Shown here piece by piece: positions 1 to 29,600 of a DNA stretch of 64,000 bases. How positions within the stretch are numbered: the first letter of the stretch is position 1; every line of letters begins with the position of its first letter. Below the pieces are notes generated by a model. That model worked only from the letters and a program-made list of their open reading frames with translations, was not told the origin of the DNA and made no database searches. Both the position numbers and the translations under genes were made by a program. This DNA comes from Macrostomum lignano (taxonomy: Eukaryota), in NCBI GenBank assembly GCA_002269645.1, contig NIVC01000217.1:186001-250000 (forward strand), in the 5' to 3' direction.

Positions 1-3000
1 ACACATTCAGTTTGGCACATCTGACACATTCAGTTTGGCGCATCTGACACATTCAGTTTGGCGCATCTGACACATTCAGTTTGGCACATCTTCAGTTTGG
101 CGCATCTGACACATTCAGTTTGGCGCATCTGACACATTTAGTTTGGCACATCTATCTGACACATTCAGTTTGGCACATCTATCTGACACATTCAGTTTGG
201 CGCATCTGACACATTCAGTTTGGCACATCTGACACATTCAGTTTGGCGCATCTGACACATTTAGTTTGGCACATCTATCTGACACATTCAGTTTGGCACA
301 TCTATCTGACACATTCAGTTTGGCGCATCTGACACATTCAGTTTGGCGCATCTATCTGACACATTCAGTTTGGCACATCTATCTGACACATTCAGTTTGG
401 CGCATCTGACACATTCAGTTTGGCGCATCTGACACATTCAGTTTGGCACATCTGACACATTCAGTTTGGCACATCTGACACATTCAGTTTGGCACATCTG
501 ACACATTCATTTTGGCACATCTATCTGACACATTCATTTTGTCACATCTGACACATTTAGTTTGGCGCATCTGACACATTCAGTTTGTCACATCTGACAC
601 ATTCAGTTTGGCGCATCTGACACATTCAGTTTGGCACATCTGACGCATTCAGTTTGGCACATCTGACACATTCAGTTTGGCGCATCTGACACATTCAAAT
701 TGGCACATCTGACACATTCAGTTTGTCACATCTGACACATTCAGTTTGGCGCATCTGACACATTCAGTTTGGCACATCTGACGCATTCAGTTTGGCACAT
801 CTGACACATTCAGTTTGGCGCATCTGACACATTCAGTTTGGCGCATCTATCTGACACATTCAGTTTGGCACATCTATCTGACACATTCAGTTTGGCGCAT
901 CTGACACATTCAGTTTGGCACATCTATCTGACACATTCAGTTTGGCGCATCTGACACATTCAGTTTGGCGCATCTGACACATTCAGTTTGGCACATCTGA
1001 CACATTCAGTTTGGCACATCTGACACATTCAGTTTGGCACATCTGACACATTCAGTTTGGCACATCTGACACATTCAGTTTGGCGCATCTGACACATTCA
1101 GTTTGGCACATCTGACACATTCAGTTTGGCACATCTGACACATTCAGTTTGGCACATCTGACACATTCAGTTTGTCACATCTGACACATTCAGTTTGGCA
1201 CATCTGACACATTCATTTTGGCACATCTATCTGACACATTCATTTTGTCACATCTGACACATTCAGTTTGGCGCATCTGACACATTCAGTTTGTCACATC
1301 TGACACATTCAGTTTGGCGCATCTGACACATTCAGTTTGGCACATCTGACGCATTCAGTTTGGCACATCTGACACATTCAGTTTGGCGCATCTGACACAT
1401 TCGAATTGGCACATCTGACACATTCAGTTTGTCACATCTGACACATTCAGTTTGGCGCATCTGACACATTCAGTTTGGCACATCTGACGCATTCAGTTTG
1501 GCACATCTGACACATTCAGTTTGGCACATCTGACACATTCAGTTTGTCACATCTGCCACATTCAGTTTGGCACATCTGACACATTCAGTTTGTCACATTT
1601 GACACATTCAGTTTGGCGCATCTGACACATTCAGTTTGGCACATCTGACACATTCAGTTTGGCACATCTGACACATTCAGTTTAACACATCTGACACATT
1701 CAGTTTGTCACATCTGACACATTCAGTTTGGCGCATCTGACACATTCAGTTTGGCGCATCTGACGCATTCAGTTTGGCACATCTGACACATTCAGTTTGT
1801 CACATCTGACACATTCAGTTTGGCGCATCTGACACATTCAGTTTGTCACATCTGACGCATTTAGTTTGGCACATCTGACATATTCAGTTTGGCACATCTG
1901 ACACATTCAGTTTGTCACATCTGACACATTCAGTTTGGCACATCTGACACATTCAGTTTGGCGCATCTGACACATTCAGTTTGGCGCATCCATCTGACAC
2001 ATTCAGTTTGTCACATCTGACGCATTTAGTTTGGCACATCTGACACATTCAGTTTGGCACATCTGACACATTCAATTTGTCACATCTGACACATTCAGTT
2101 TGGCACATCTGACACATTCAGTTTGTCACATCTGACACATTCAGTTTGTCACATCTGACACATTCAGTTTGTCACATCTGACACATTCAGTTTGGCACAT
2201 CCATCTGACACATTCAGTTTGTCACATCTGACACATTCAGTTTGGCACATCTGACACATTCAGTTTGGCACATCTGACAAATTCAGTTTGGCGCATCCAT
2301 CTGACACATTCAGTTTGGCACATCTGACACATTCAGTTTGTCACATCTGACACATTCAGTTTGGCACATCCATCTGACACATTCAGTTTGGCACATCTGA
2401 CACATTCAGTTTGTCACATCTGACACATTCAGTTTGGCGCATCTGACACATTCAGTTTGGCACATCTGACGCATTCAGTTTGGCACATCTGACACATTCA
2501 GTTTGGCGCATCTGACACATTCAGTTTGGCGCATCTATCTGACACATTCAGTTTGGCGCATCTGACACATTCAGTTTGGCACATCTATCTGACACATTCA
2601 GTTTGGCGCATCTGACACATTCAGTTTGGCGCATCTGACACATTCAGTTTGGCACATCTGACACATTCAGTTTGGCACATCTGACACATTCAGTTTGGCA
2701 CATCTGACACATTCAGTTTGTCACATCTGACACATTCAGTTTGGCGCATCTGACACATTCAGTTTGGCACATCTGACACATTCAGTTTGGCACATCTGAC
2801 ACATTCAGTTTGTCACATCTGACACATTCAGTTTGGCACATCTGACACATTCATTTTGGCACATCTATCTGACACATTCATTTTGTCACATCTGACACAT
2901 TCAGTTTGGCGCATCTGACACATTCAGTTTGTCACATCTGACACATTCAGTTTGGCGCATCTGACACATTCAGTTTGGCACATCTGACGCATTCAGTTTG

Positions 3001-6000
3001 GCACATCTGACACATTCAGTTTGGCGCATCTGACACATTCAAATTGGCACATCTGACACATTCAGTTTGTCACATCTGACACATTCAGTTTGGCGCATCT
3101 GACACATTCAGTTTGGCACATCTGACGCATTCAGTTTGGCACATCTGACACATTCAGTTTGGCACATCTGACACATTCAGTTTGTCACATCTGCCACATT
3201 CAGTTTGGCACATCTGACACATTCAGTTTGTCACATTTGACACATTCAGTTTGGCGCATCTGACACATTCAGTTTGTCACATCTGACGCATTCAGTTTGG
3301 CACATCTGACACATTCAGTTTGGCACATCTGACACATTCAGTTTGTCACATCTGACACATTCAGTTTGGCGCATCTGACACATTCAGTTTGGCGCATCTG
3401 ACGCATTCAGTTTGGCACATCTGACACATTCAGTTTGTCACATCTGACACATTCAGTTTGGCGCATCTGACACATTCAGTTTGTCACATCTGACGCATTT
3501 AGTTTGGCACATCTGACATATTCAGTTTGGCACATCTGACACATTCAGTTTGTCACATCTGACACATTCAGTTTGGCACATCTGACACATTCAGTTTGGC
3601 GCATCTGACACATTCAGTTTGGCGCATCCATCTGACACATTCAGTTTGTCACATCTGACGCATTTAGTTTGGCACATCTGACACATTCAGTTTGGCGCAT
3701 CCATCTGACACATTCAGTTTGTCACATCTGACACATTCAGTTTGGCACATCTGACACATTCAGTTTGTCACATCTGACACATTCAGTTTGTCACATCTGA
3801 CACATTCAGTTTGTCACGTCTGACACATTCAGTTTGGCACATCCATCTGACACATTCAGTTTGTCACATCTGACACATTCAGTTTGGCACATCTGACACA
3901 TTCAGTTTGGCACATCTGACAAATTCAGTTTGGCGCATCCATCTGACACATTCAGTTTGGCACATCTGACACATTCAGTTTGTCACATCTGACACATTCA
4001 GTTTGGCACATCCATCTGACACATTCAGTTTGGCACATCTGACACATTCAGTTTGGCACATCCATCTGACACATTCAGTTTGGCACATCTGACACATTCA
4101 GTTTGGCACATCCATCTGACACATTCAGTTTGTCACATCTGACACATTCAGTTTGTCACATCTGACACATTCAGTTTGGCACATCTGACACATTCAGTTT
4201 GGCACATCTGACACATTCAGTTTGTCACATCTGACACATTCAGTTTGGCACATCCATCTGACACATTCAGTTTGGCACATCTATCTGACACATTCAGTTT
4301 GGCACATCCATCTGACACATTCAGTTTGGCACATCTGACACATTCAGTTTGTCACATCTGACACATTCAGTTTGGCGCATCTGACACATTCAGTTTGGCA
4401 CATCTGACGCATTCAGTTTGGCACATCTGACACATTCAGTTTGGCGCATCTGACACATTCAGTTTGGCGCATCTATCTGACACATTCAGTTTGGCACATC
4501 TATCTGACACATTCAGTTTGGCGCATCTGACACATTCAGTTTGGCACATCTATCTGACACATTCAGTTTGGCGCATCTGACACATTCAGTTTGGCGCATC
4601 TGACACATTCAGTTTGTCACATCTGACACATTCAGTTTGGCGCATCTGACACATTCAGTTTGGCACATCTGACACATTCAGTTTGGCACATCTGACACAT
4701 TCAGTTTGTCACATCTGACAAATTCAGTTTGGCGCATCCATCTGACACATTCAGTTTGGCACATCTGACACATTCAGTTTGTCACATCTGACACATTCAG
4801 TTTGGCACATCCATCTGACACATTCAGTTTGTCACATCTGACACATTCAGTTTGGCGCATCTGACACATTCAGTTTGGCACATCTGACGCATTCAGTTTG
4901 GCACATCTGACACATTCAGTTTGGCGCATCTGACACATTCAAATTGGCACATCTGACACATTCAGTTTGTCACATCTGACACATTCAGTTTGGCGCATCT
5001 GACACATTCAGTTTGGCACATCTGACGCATTCAGTTTGGCACATCTGACACATTCAGTTTGGCACATCTGACACATTCAGTTTGTCACATCTGCCACATT
5101 CAGTTTGGCACATCTGACACATTCAGTTTGTCACATTTGACACATTCAGTTTGGCGCATCTGACACATTCAGTTTGTCACATCTGACGCATTCAGTTTGG
5201 CACATCTGACACATTCAGTTTGGCACATCTGACACATTCAGTTTGTCACATCTGACACATTCAGTTTGGCGCATCTGACACATTCAGTTTGGCGCATCTG
5301 ACGCATTCAGTTTGGCACATCTGACACATTCAGTTTGTCACATCTGACACATTCAGTTTGGCGCATCTGACACATTCAGTTTGTCACATCTGACGCATTT
5401 AGTTTGGCACATCTGACATATTCAGTTTGGCACATCTGACACATTCAGTTTGTCACATCTGACACATTCAGTTTGGCACATCTGACACATTCAGTTTGGC
5501 GCATCTGACACATTCAGTTTGGCGCATCCATCTGACACATTCAGTTTGTCACATCTGACGCATTTAGTTTGGCACATCTGACACATTCAGTTTGGCACAT
5601 CTGACACATTCAATTTGTCACATCTGACACATTCAGTTTGGCACATCTGACACATTCAGTTTGTCACATCTGACACATTCAGTTTGTCACATCTGACACA
5701 TTCAGTTTGTCACGTCTGACACATTCAGTTTGGCACATCCATCTGACACATTCAGTTTGTCACATCTGACACATTCAGTTTGGCACATCTGACACATTCA
5801 GTTTGGCACATCTGACAAATTCAGTTTGGCGCATCCATCTGACACATTCAGTTTGGCACATCTGACACATTCAGTTTGTCACATCTGACACATTCAGTTT
5901 GGCACATCCATCTGACACATTCAGTTTGGCACATCTGACACATTCAGTTTGGCACATCCATCTGACACATTCAGTTTGGCACATCTGACACATTCAGTTT

Positions 6001-6633
6001 GGCACATCCATCTGACACATTCAGTTTGTCACATCTGACACATTCAGTTTGTCACATCTGACACATTCAGTTTGGCACATCTGACACATTCAGTTTGGCA
6101 CATCTGACACATTCAGTTTGTCACATCTGACACATTCAGTTTGGCACATCCATCTGACACATTCAGTTTGGCACATCCATCTGACACATTCAGTTTGGCA
6201 CATCCATCTGACACATTCAGTTTGGCACAACTGACACATTCAGTTTGGCACATCCATCTGACACATTCAGTTTGGCGCATCTGACACATTCAGTTTGGCG
6301 CATCTGACACATTCAGTTTGGCGCATCTTAGACATTCAGTTTGGCGCATCTGACACATTCAGTTTGGCGCATCTGAGACATTCAGTTTGGCGCATCTGAC
6401 ACATTCAGTTTGGCGCATCTGACACATTCAGTTTGGCGCATCTGAGACATTCAGTTTGGCGCATCTGACACATTCAGTTTGGCGCATCTGACACATTCAG
6501 TTTGGCACATCCATCTGACACATTCAGTTTGGCACATCTGACACATTCAGTTTGGCACATCCATCTGACACATTCAGTTTGGCGCATCTGACACATTCAG
6601 TTTGGCGCATCTGACACATTCAGTTTGGCACAT
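1..6633. repeat. 23-bp tandem minisatellite (ACACATTCAGTTTGGCACATCTG) with 27-bp variants; continues off the left edge, probably intronic in scribble
   Basis: Continuous array with recurrent variants (GGCA/GGCG/GTCA; CTAT or CCAT 4-bp insertions). It ends at ...CAGTTTGGCACAT near 6633. Confidence 0.97.
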
Positions 6634-7274
6634 TTAAACCAATGCATGCAACGCCCGCATAACGGACAAAAAGCAACACCTTTATGTAATGTAAGCCAGA
6701 CAGACAAATTGGATTCATGCATCACTGCAGCCTGATCTCAGGCAATGATGAAATCCCTACCGCCATATCGCTTTTGCAGTCACGCACAAATTTCCTAAAA
6801 GCATTTATCATTCTTCTGCCGCTAGAAAATGGAAAAATCAATCAACAAAAATATGAATTCAATAGATAAATAATTGTATTTATTGTCAAGATGCTCAGTA
6901 AAGCTCTTGTCTTGAACAATTCAAGAAAAATTTGGTATTGTTCTGTTATCATTTCGCAATAGGATTTTTAGGCAATTGCGTTGAAATGATATTTTCATCG
7001 AGGCATAACAAATTTGGCATTTTAGGTCTAGCTGGTAAAAGTACATTTCAGCCAGTCAGTCACTGAATTTGCGCAGTTCCTTTGACTCACTGTGTGTGTT
7101 TTTTCTTGTAAGGATTTGTCTGTTGGTGCGTTTGCTGACTTTGTTTTGCGTGCAGGAATCAACTATTTTTAGGCTCTCAGGCTTCACTGTAAATTCATGC
7201 TGGTAATGCTGGGGTAGACACAGCCAATAATCCACGATAAAAATCCTGGTTTTGGGACAATTTGTTGCTACTAC

Positions 7275-7878
7275 TGGTTTTGGCGCCACGAGGCACTCAT
7301 TTTGGCGCCTTTTATACACTCATTTTGGCGCCGCAAGGAACTCATTTTGGCGCGGCAAGGCACACATTTCGGCGCTTTCAGTCAGACACTCATTTTGGCG
7401 CCTTTTATACGCTCATTTTGGCGCCGCAAGGAACTCATTTTGGCGCGGCAAGGCACACATTTCGGCGCCTTCAGTCAGACACTCATTTTGGCGCCTTCAG
7501 TCAGACACTCATTTTGGCGCCTTCAGTCAGACACTCATTTTGGCGCCTTCAGTCAGACACTCATTTTGGCGCCGCAAGGCACTTATTTTGGCGCCACAGA
7601 CACTCATTTTGGCGCCTTTTAGACACTCATTTTGGCGCCTTTTAGACACTCATTTTGGCACCACAGACACTCATTCATAGGCGCCGCAAGGCACTCATTT
7701 TGGCGCCACAGGAACTCATTTGGGCCCACAAGGCACACATTTTGGCGCCTTCAGTCAGACACTCATTTTGGCGCCGCAGACACTCATTTTGGCGACGCAA
7801 GGCACTCATTTTGGCGCCGCAAGGAACTCATTTTGGCGCCTTTTAGACACTCATTTTGGCGCCGCAAGGCACTCATTT
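7275..7878. repeat. Degenerate ~20-26-bp minisatellite with constant core CACTCATTTTGGCGCC
   Basis: The core recurs throughout the interval, separated by short recurrent linkers (TTTTAGA, GCAAGG, TTCAGTCAGA, ACAGA). Confidence 0.9.
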
Positions 7879-7985
7879 TTTGTTAGCTTTGTGAAGAGTG
7901 GCATGTGTACACACCATAATGTTGTATGCACACACCATAACATCACTATGTTGTATGTAAATTTTATCTCCTTTGTTTTTGCCAG

Positions 7986-24329
<16,344 letters not shown>

Positions 24330-26663
24330 TAATTTAGCTAATCAAGTGAGTCATTTTTAGGTTTCAGTTCTTGGTTTCGAATTGTAGCACTTTGTAAACA
24401 GAATGACCATTTCTCTCAATTTTTTAGATCCTGTTCACGCTTCACTCGGCTATGCAGCACTGCTTTATTAATTTTTTTTTTAAAATTAACATTGCCCTAT
24501 AAAAACTAACACTAAAAATAATGGCTGTGATTTCTGCAATTGTCTATTTTCGCTCGATTGAGGTCCCCCCCCCGAAATTTTCTGTCTTTAAAAGTGTGTT
24601 TTGAGATGATTTTTTATGCAAGCATTGATTGTGGTAGGCTTGTGGTGGCACTAGGCATATCTAGAAATGCTTGGTTTAGAATCTATTTTGTGTGAAAGTT
24701 TACAAAATTCAAGTATGGTTCAATGGACCCTTATTAATTAATTTTCCGTTCCCATTGTTTCGTCTTTTAGTTTTTTCCCGCGCTAGCTGGCTAATAAAAA
24801 AACAAACGGCTGTTTTTGCTTCTTTCGTGTAATTTTCTTGTTTTAAGACTATAATGTTTGCAACGCTCTACTGCCGCGGCTGATCAGTAGTCTACTGCGT
24901 ATAATTCGGTCGTGTAAGTAGTTTCGAATAAATTTTATTTGAGAAAAATAAATTCTCGTTTTGTTATTTCGCTTTAAATTTTTGTTTGTTATGTTTTTTT
25001 TTCAAATTGAAGAGAGCCCTGAGGTTCTACGCTTCCGTCAGTCATCTGTTTTTGCTTTTTGTCATCATGTTTTCTTGTGGCTGCTCCGTCATCCGCAGTA
25101 GTGTCATTTTTTCCAGTCGCTTCTAGAAATTTTTTTAGCTTTGTATGCCCTTTTAGGACGCGTGTGCGAGCTGGCCGCGTCTTGTGTTGCTTGTTTGTGT
25201 TTTTTAACAACTACTAATAGTAATAAAATGTACTTCAAAGCCACTGTAAGACTCGTGCACTGTGTTTTTCATAAGTTTATTAACGTACTTGTATTGTTTT
25301 TTTAATCTGTGTACGGCTGAGTGCCTTTAGGTGGTTCAATTTATGTAGCTCGCTTAATCATTATATAAAATTTGGTTATTACTAATTAAACGTGATTCAG
25401 CATTAAGGACATGCCAGGTGAGTGAATACACCTGTTTCTGTGCAACTGTGGCACACTGGCGCGGGTGTACAATAACTGTTCCGCTTTGTTTCTCTCCGCA
25501 TCAATCGTATAAAAATGTGAGAACTGCGTGTTTAAGTTTGTTCCTCATTTGCGGAGGGTCGCTAGCCGCTACAATTTTAAATCAACAAATTTACGTCATT
25601 TTGCTCCTCGATGTCTGCTTCAGAGTCAGTCGGCTGATTTATTGTATCATCAGTCATAGTCAAAATCGCCCTTCAATGTATTCTCTATTTATAGAACAGC
25701 CCTACAATAAGTTTGTTGTTTTGAGCATCTTTTGCGTCAGTTCAAAAGTTTGCATTGTGTTGTGGCGGAGGACTTCTAAACTAGACAAGCCGAACTGGCA
25801 CAGGGCTTCTTAGGGCGCGATTTATGGTTTACAAAACCTGCTTACAAAGCCTGCGGCGCTTCTTAAAGAAACATTATAAATAGACAGCGCAAAGGTCCGC
25901 CAAAGAATCGAAAGAATAGGTATAGAAGCTGGATTGTGCTCACTTGCAAGCGATTCTGACTTCAAAGTAGCTGTCGTAGTCGCTTCTCAAATTGCTCGTC
26001 AATTGGCTCGGGTAAGTTAATACGTACTCTATGAGCAAGAGGTACATATTTTTACATGTTTAATTCTCGCGCAATAGTGCCTGGGTTCGATTCTTGCGGC
26101 TTAATGTGAATGTCTCGCTTAATGACTCGTCTCTACGGAAGCTGGCCTGGGGTCGTTTCGGGCTATTCTCATTTCTCGCCCATGGGGGCCAAGCCGCAAG
26201 GCAAACACAGCGTTACATGTACATTGCCCGACTATATGAGAAGGTTAGTGCCGGCGTATGTCCTTTGTAAGCGTGTGCGTGCACAAGGCAACTGAAAGCT
26301 ACATGTGCGAGAGCGTACAAGCCAACGCTGCAAAATCCCGCGAAGTCGTAGCTAACTAACCCTTAGCCGTCAGCAGATCCTAAAACTTTCTAGTTCCTTT
26401 TGGTAGGACATTGCTGTATAATATTTTAGCAATTAAAACCGAGCTTAGATGGTCCAACCGGGCGTACCTTGGTCCGCCAAACGCGTATCGATTTTTTGTT
26501 TGCATTTTGCTTTCTTTCTTGCGGAAAGGTATTAGTTACATGTACATGTACCTGTAGTTAGTAAGTTATAGTCAGACCAACCATTCTTAGTATATCCATG
26601 CAGTGGATTAGTTAATTGTTTCAAATTTGCTCTCAAACCACTATAGGGCTGGTTGACAACGAG

Positions 26664-29600
26664 ATGTCCATCCATTTGGAGGGAGTTGAATTGGACGATA
26701 TCGATATTGAAGCTGAACAGGAAGAAGTCCGCGATGTCGTGACGTGTACTACCGCTAAAACTGTATATCAAATAAATGACGCCACCGATGGTAACCAAGT
26801 AGAAGATGACAATCGAAAGACCAAAATTAAAGAATTGCATAAAAAGCTTTTCTATTATGCTAAAAATCTTGAATTTGAAAAAGCCTTGAAGCATCTCACC
26901 GAAAATACAAAAGAATTTGATGAAGAATACAGCGAAATCAACCAAGTCAAAGACACTGAGAGAACTGCCGTGCACTATGCGGCCAATGATGCAGAAGGTG
27001 AGCAGCTTTTTCAACAGTTGATTGCCCTACAAAACTACAGCGGATTGTCAAACTCACCAGATAAATCTGGTCGCACGCCCATGCATCTTTCGGCCAGGCA
27101 TCACAGTGAAAAGCAGTTCAAGGCAAACTTCGGGATGCCTCTGTCTGACTCGAAACTTCAGATGACTGATGTAAACGGTGCAACCCGTTTGCACTACGCG
27201 GCTAGAAATGAAAATTGTTGCGATATTTTCAAGACGGTCATCGAGTCTGTGCCAGACTGTCTAATGTGGCGGAGGAAGGACAATGTCACTGTGCTCGACA
27301 TTTTTATGCGTTATGCCGAGAAAGGCATTGAACAACTGTTTGATGAAGATTGGCGCGGTCTGAATGCACTACGAGACGCCATAAAAGATGTGCGGAGGTG
27401 CAGAGTAATCGCAAGTACACTTGCATCCACTGGGCGGCAATTAGCAGTGACCCGAGAAAACTATTTCTTCAAAAAGCGATCGATGCTTTAGAAAGCGACG
27501 CAAGTTGGAAGTACTTGACTTCTCTAGGGTCGGATAAGGTGACTCCACTCCATATTGCTGCCACTGATTGCAATGAAGAAACCGCTAAGTGGCTTCTGTA
27601 TAAACTAAACAATGAGAGAAGTCTTGAAGATCTGAAGGACTTTGAAGGCAACACTGTGCTACACAAGGCAGCTTCTAATAAAATGTCGCTGGCCACATTT
27701 CTTGACTACCAAGACAAATTAAAACATCCACCGCGAACCCCACATCCATATTTTACATGGCACAACAACTTTGGCAAGACCGTGCTTCACATAGCCTTAG
27801 AAATGTGCAGTCCTGCAACTCTGAAGACGCTTCTAGAGACCATTGAAAGCTCAGATTTGGAACGTTTGGTCAAGCTTCAAGACAAAGAAAAAAATACAAT
27901 GGCACACGATGCCGCAAAGAATGAGAGTAGCGAGGTGCTGCAGATCCTGGCAGATCATCTTGGAAGCTGGAATTTTCTTGCCTGGCGGAACAGCTCAAAG
28001 CAGTCCGTTTTGCACTTTGCTGTGAAGCACTATGGAAATATCGACGCGCTACTTGGAAAAATTAAGAGATTGAAAACTGAATGGACACTTAATTACGTTG
28101 ATAACGACGGGAATACTCTGCTTCATTCCTTGTTCCAGACCAACAGAGACGTAGATGATGTGGAAGCGTTCTGGAAGGCGGCAGAAAGTCTCGTCAATTC
28201 AAGGCTGGTGTCGATCAATTTGCAGAGAATAATCTCGGACAGAATTGCCTGGCCACCGCCACAGCGGACAGTCGCATCATCTCAAAGACACTGGCTCAGT
28301 ACACTGCACTAAGCGAGCACTGCCAAGAAATGCTTCGAAGCTTTCTCATTAGCCCAACTGGTTTGCATGCGGTTCATGTATTTGCTGCAAGGCACGACCT
28401 GAAGCAGCTTGCTGAACCTCTCGCTAAACTGTCGAATCAACAAGTTAAGGATCTACTGCGCCTCCCAGTGACTCAAGCGCACCGCAGCAGTGGTGCAACG
28501 GCCTTACACTTTGCCTGCAAGGCGGGTAATCAAGAGAATATTAGATACCTAATGAGTCAGGGTCTTCAATTGTCTGACGAAACAGACTCCGGTTTGTCTT
28601 GTGTTGACTTTGCCGACGCTAGCGAGAAACTAGATGAACTCATTGATGCAGTATTTCCTGATGAAGAAGATTGCGATGAAGACGCCGACAGCAACTATGA
28701 CGACAAGGCTAGCGAAAGATCTAGAGAAATCACACGACAGAGTTCGCTTACCGACGTTAACTTCATTCGTTTATTAGACAAAAGAACTGGAGCTCTCAGG
28801 CTCCCAAGTCGAACAAAAGCTAAAGTGTCTGGCATCTATTGAGGCGTCAATTGCGTCAGAAGATCTTAGTGCCAAAGAGCAGAACAAGTCGAATGAAAGA
28901 AGCGATATGAGTATCTTGATAAAAGCAATTAAGTCCGACTCCCCAGAGATCTACAGGTGCGCACTGAAACTGTGCCGGGTCACAGCAGAGACCGAGGCAG
29001 ACTTTCCGGAATTTTACAGAGAACGGCTTTTTGACATAAGCAATGAATATGAACTAGGAAATGTTTGCAATAGGTTTTTAACAATTCCATTCAACGAAAC
29101 TTCAGAATTATCAATAATCGATGCAGCTGTCTGCCTTGACAAGATAGACATTCTTATCGATCTTGTGCTCACTCGGCAGTTTGACCTGATTCCTGCATGC
29201 ATAAATCTGCTCATTCAGCTGCAGCCGAGAATCGCTAAATCGGAGGGCAAGTCCGAACAGCTTCAGCTGCTGTACAGCAAAGTTATCAGTGTAGCCATGA
29301 ACGCTCTTGACGCACTGTATTCAAACGCTGACGAGGAAGAAAGACAACTTTTGTTCCAGTACATAACTGGCTCGCTATGGGACGATGATTGCGAGACGAC
29401 TGGTCCCAAGTTTCCGTGCCGAATGGAAAATGGCTCGACTAAACCCTACACCCTAATGGAAATGATTGAGGAAGCGGGCGATGGCGATCTGTTTGCCAGC
29501 GACTGCCTACATAATCTGATTGAATCCGAGTGGAGCAACACCTATTCCCGCTATCGCAGAAATTGCTGCAAACGCAAATTCTCGGTTAAGCCAAGGATAA

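Noticed and set aside
7275-7878. CRISPR-like pattern of a constant core with variable linkers
   Set aside because: Linkers are only 4-10 bp and recur, there are no cas genes, and the context is a eukaryotic intron.
26070-26350. GGTTCGATTC B-box and a GCC-GCAA-GGC hairpin upstream of the first TRP gene (SINE or ribozyme?)
   Set aside because: No clear A-box, no second copy in the window, and no complete ribozyme core could be built.
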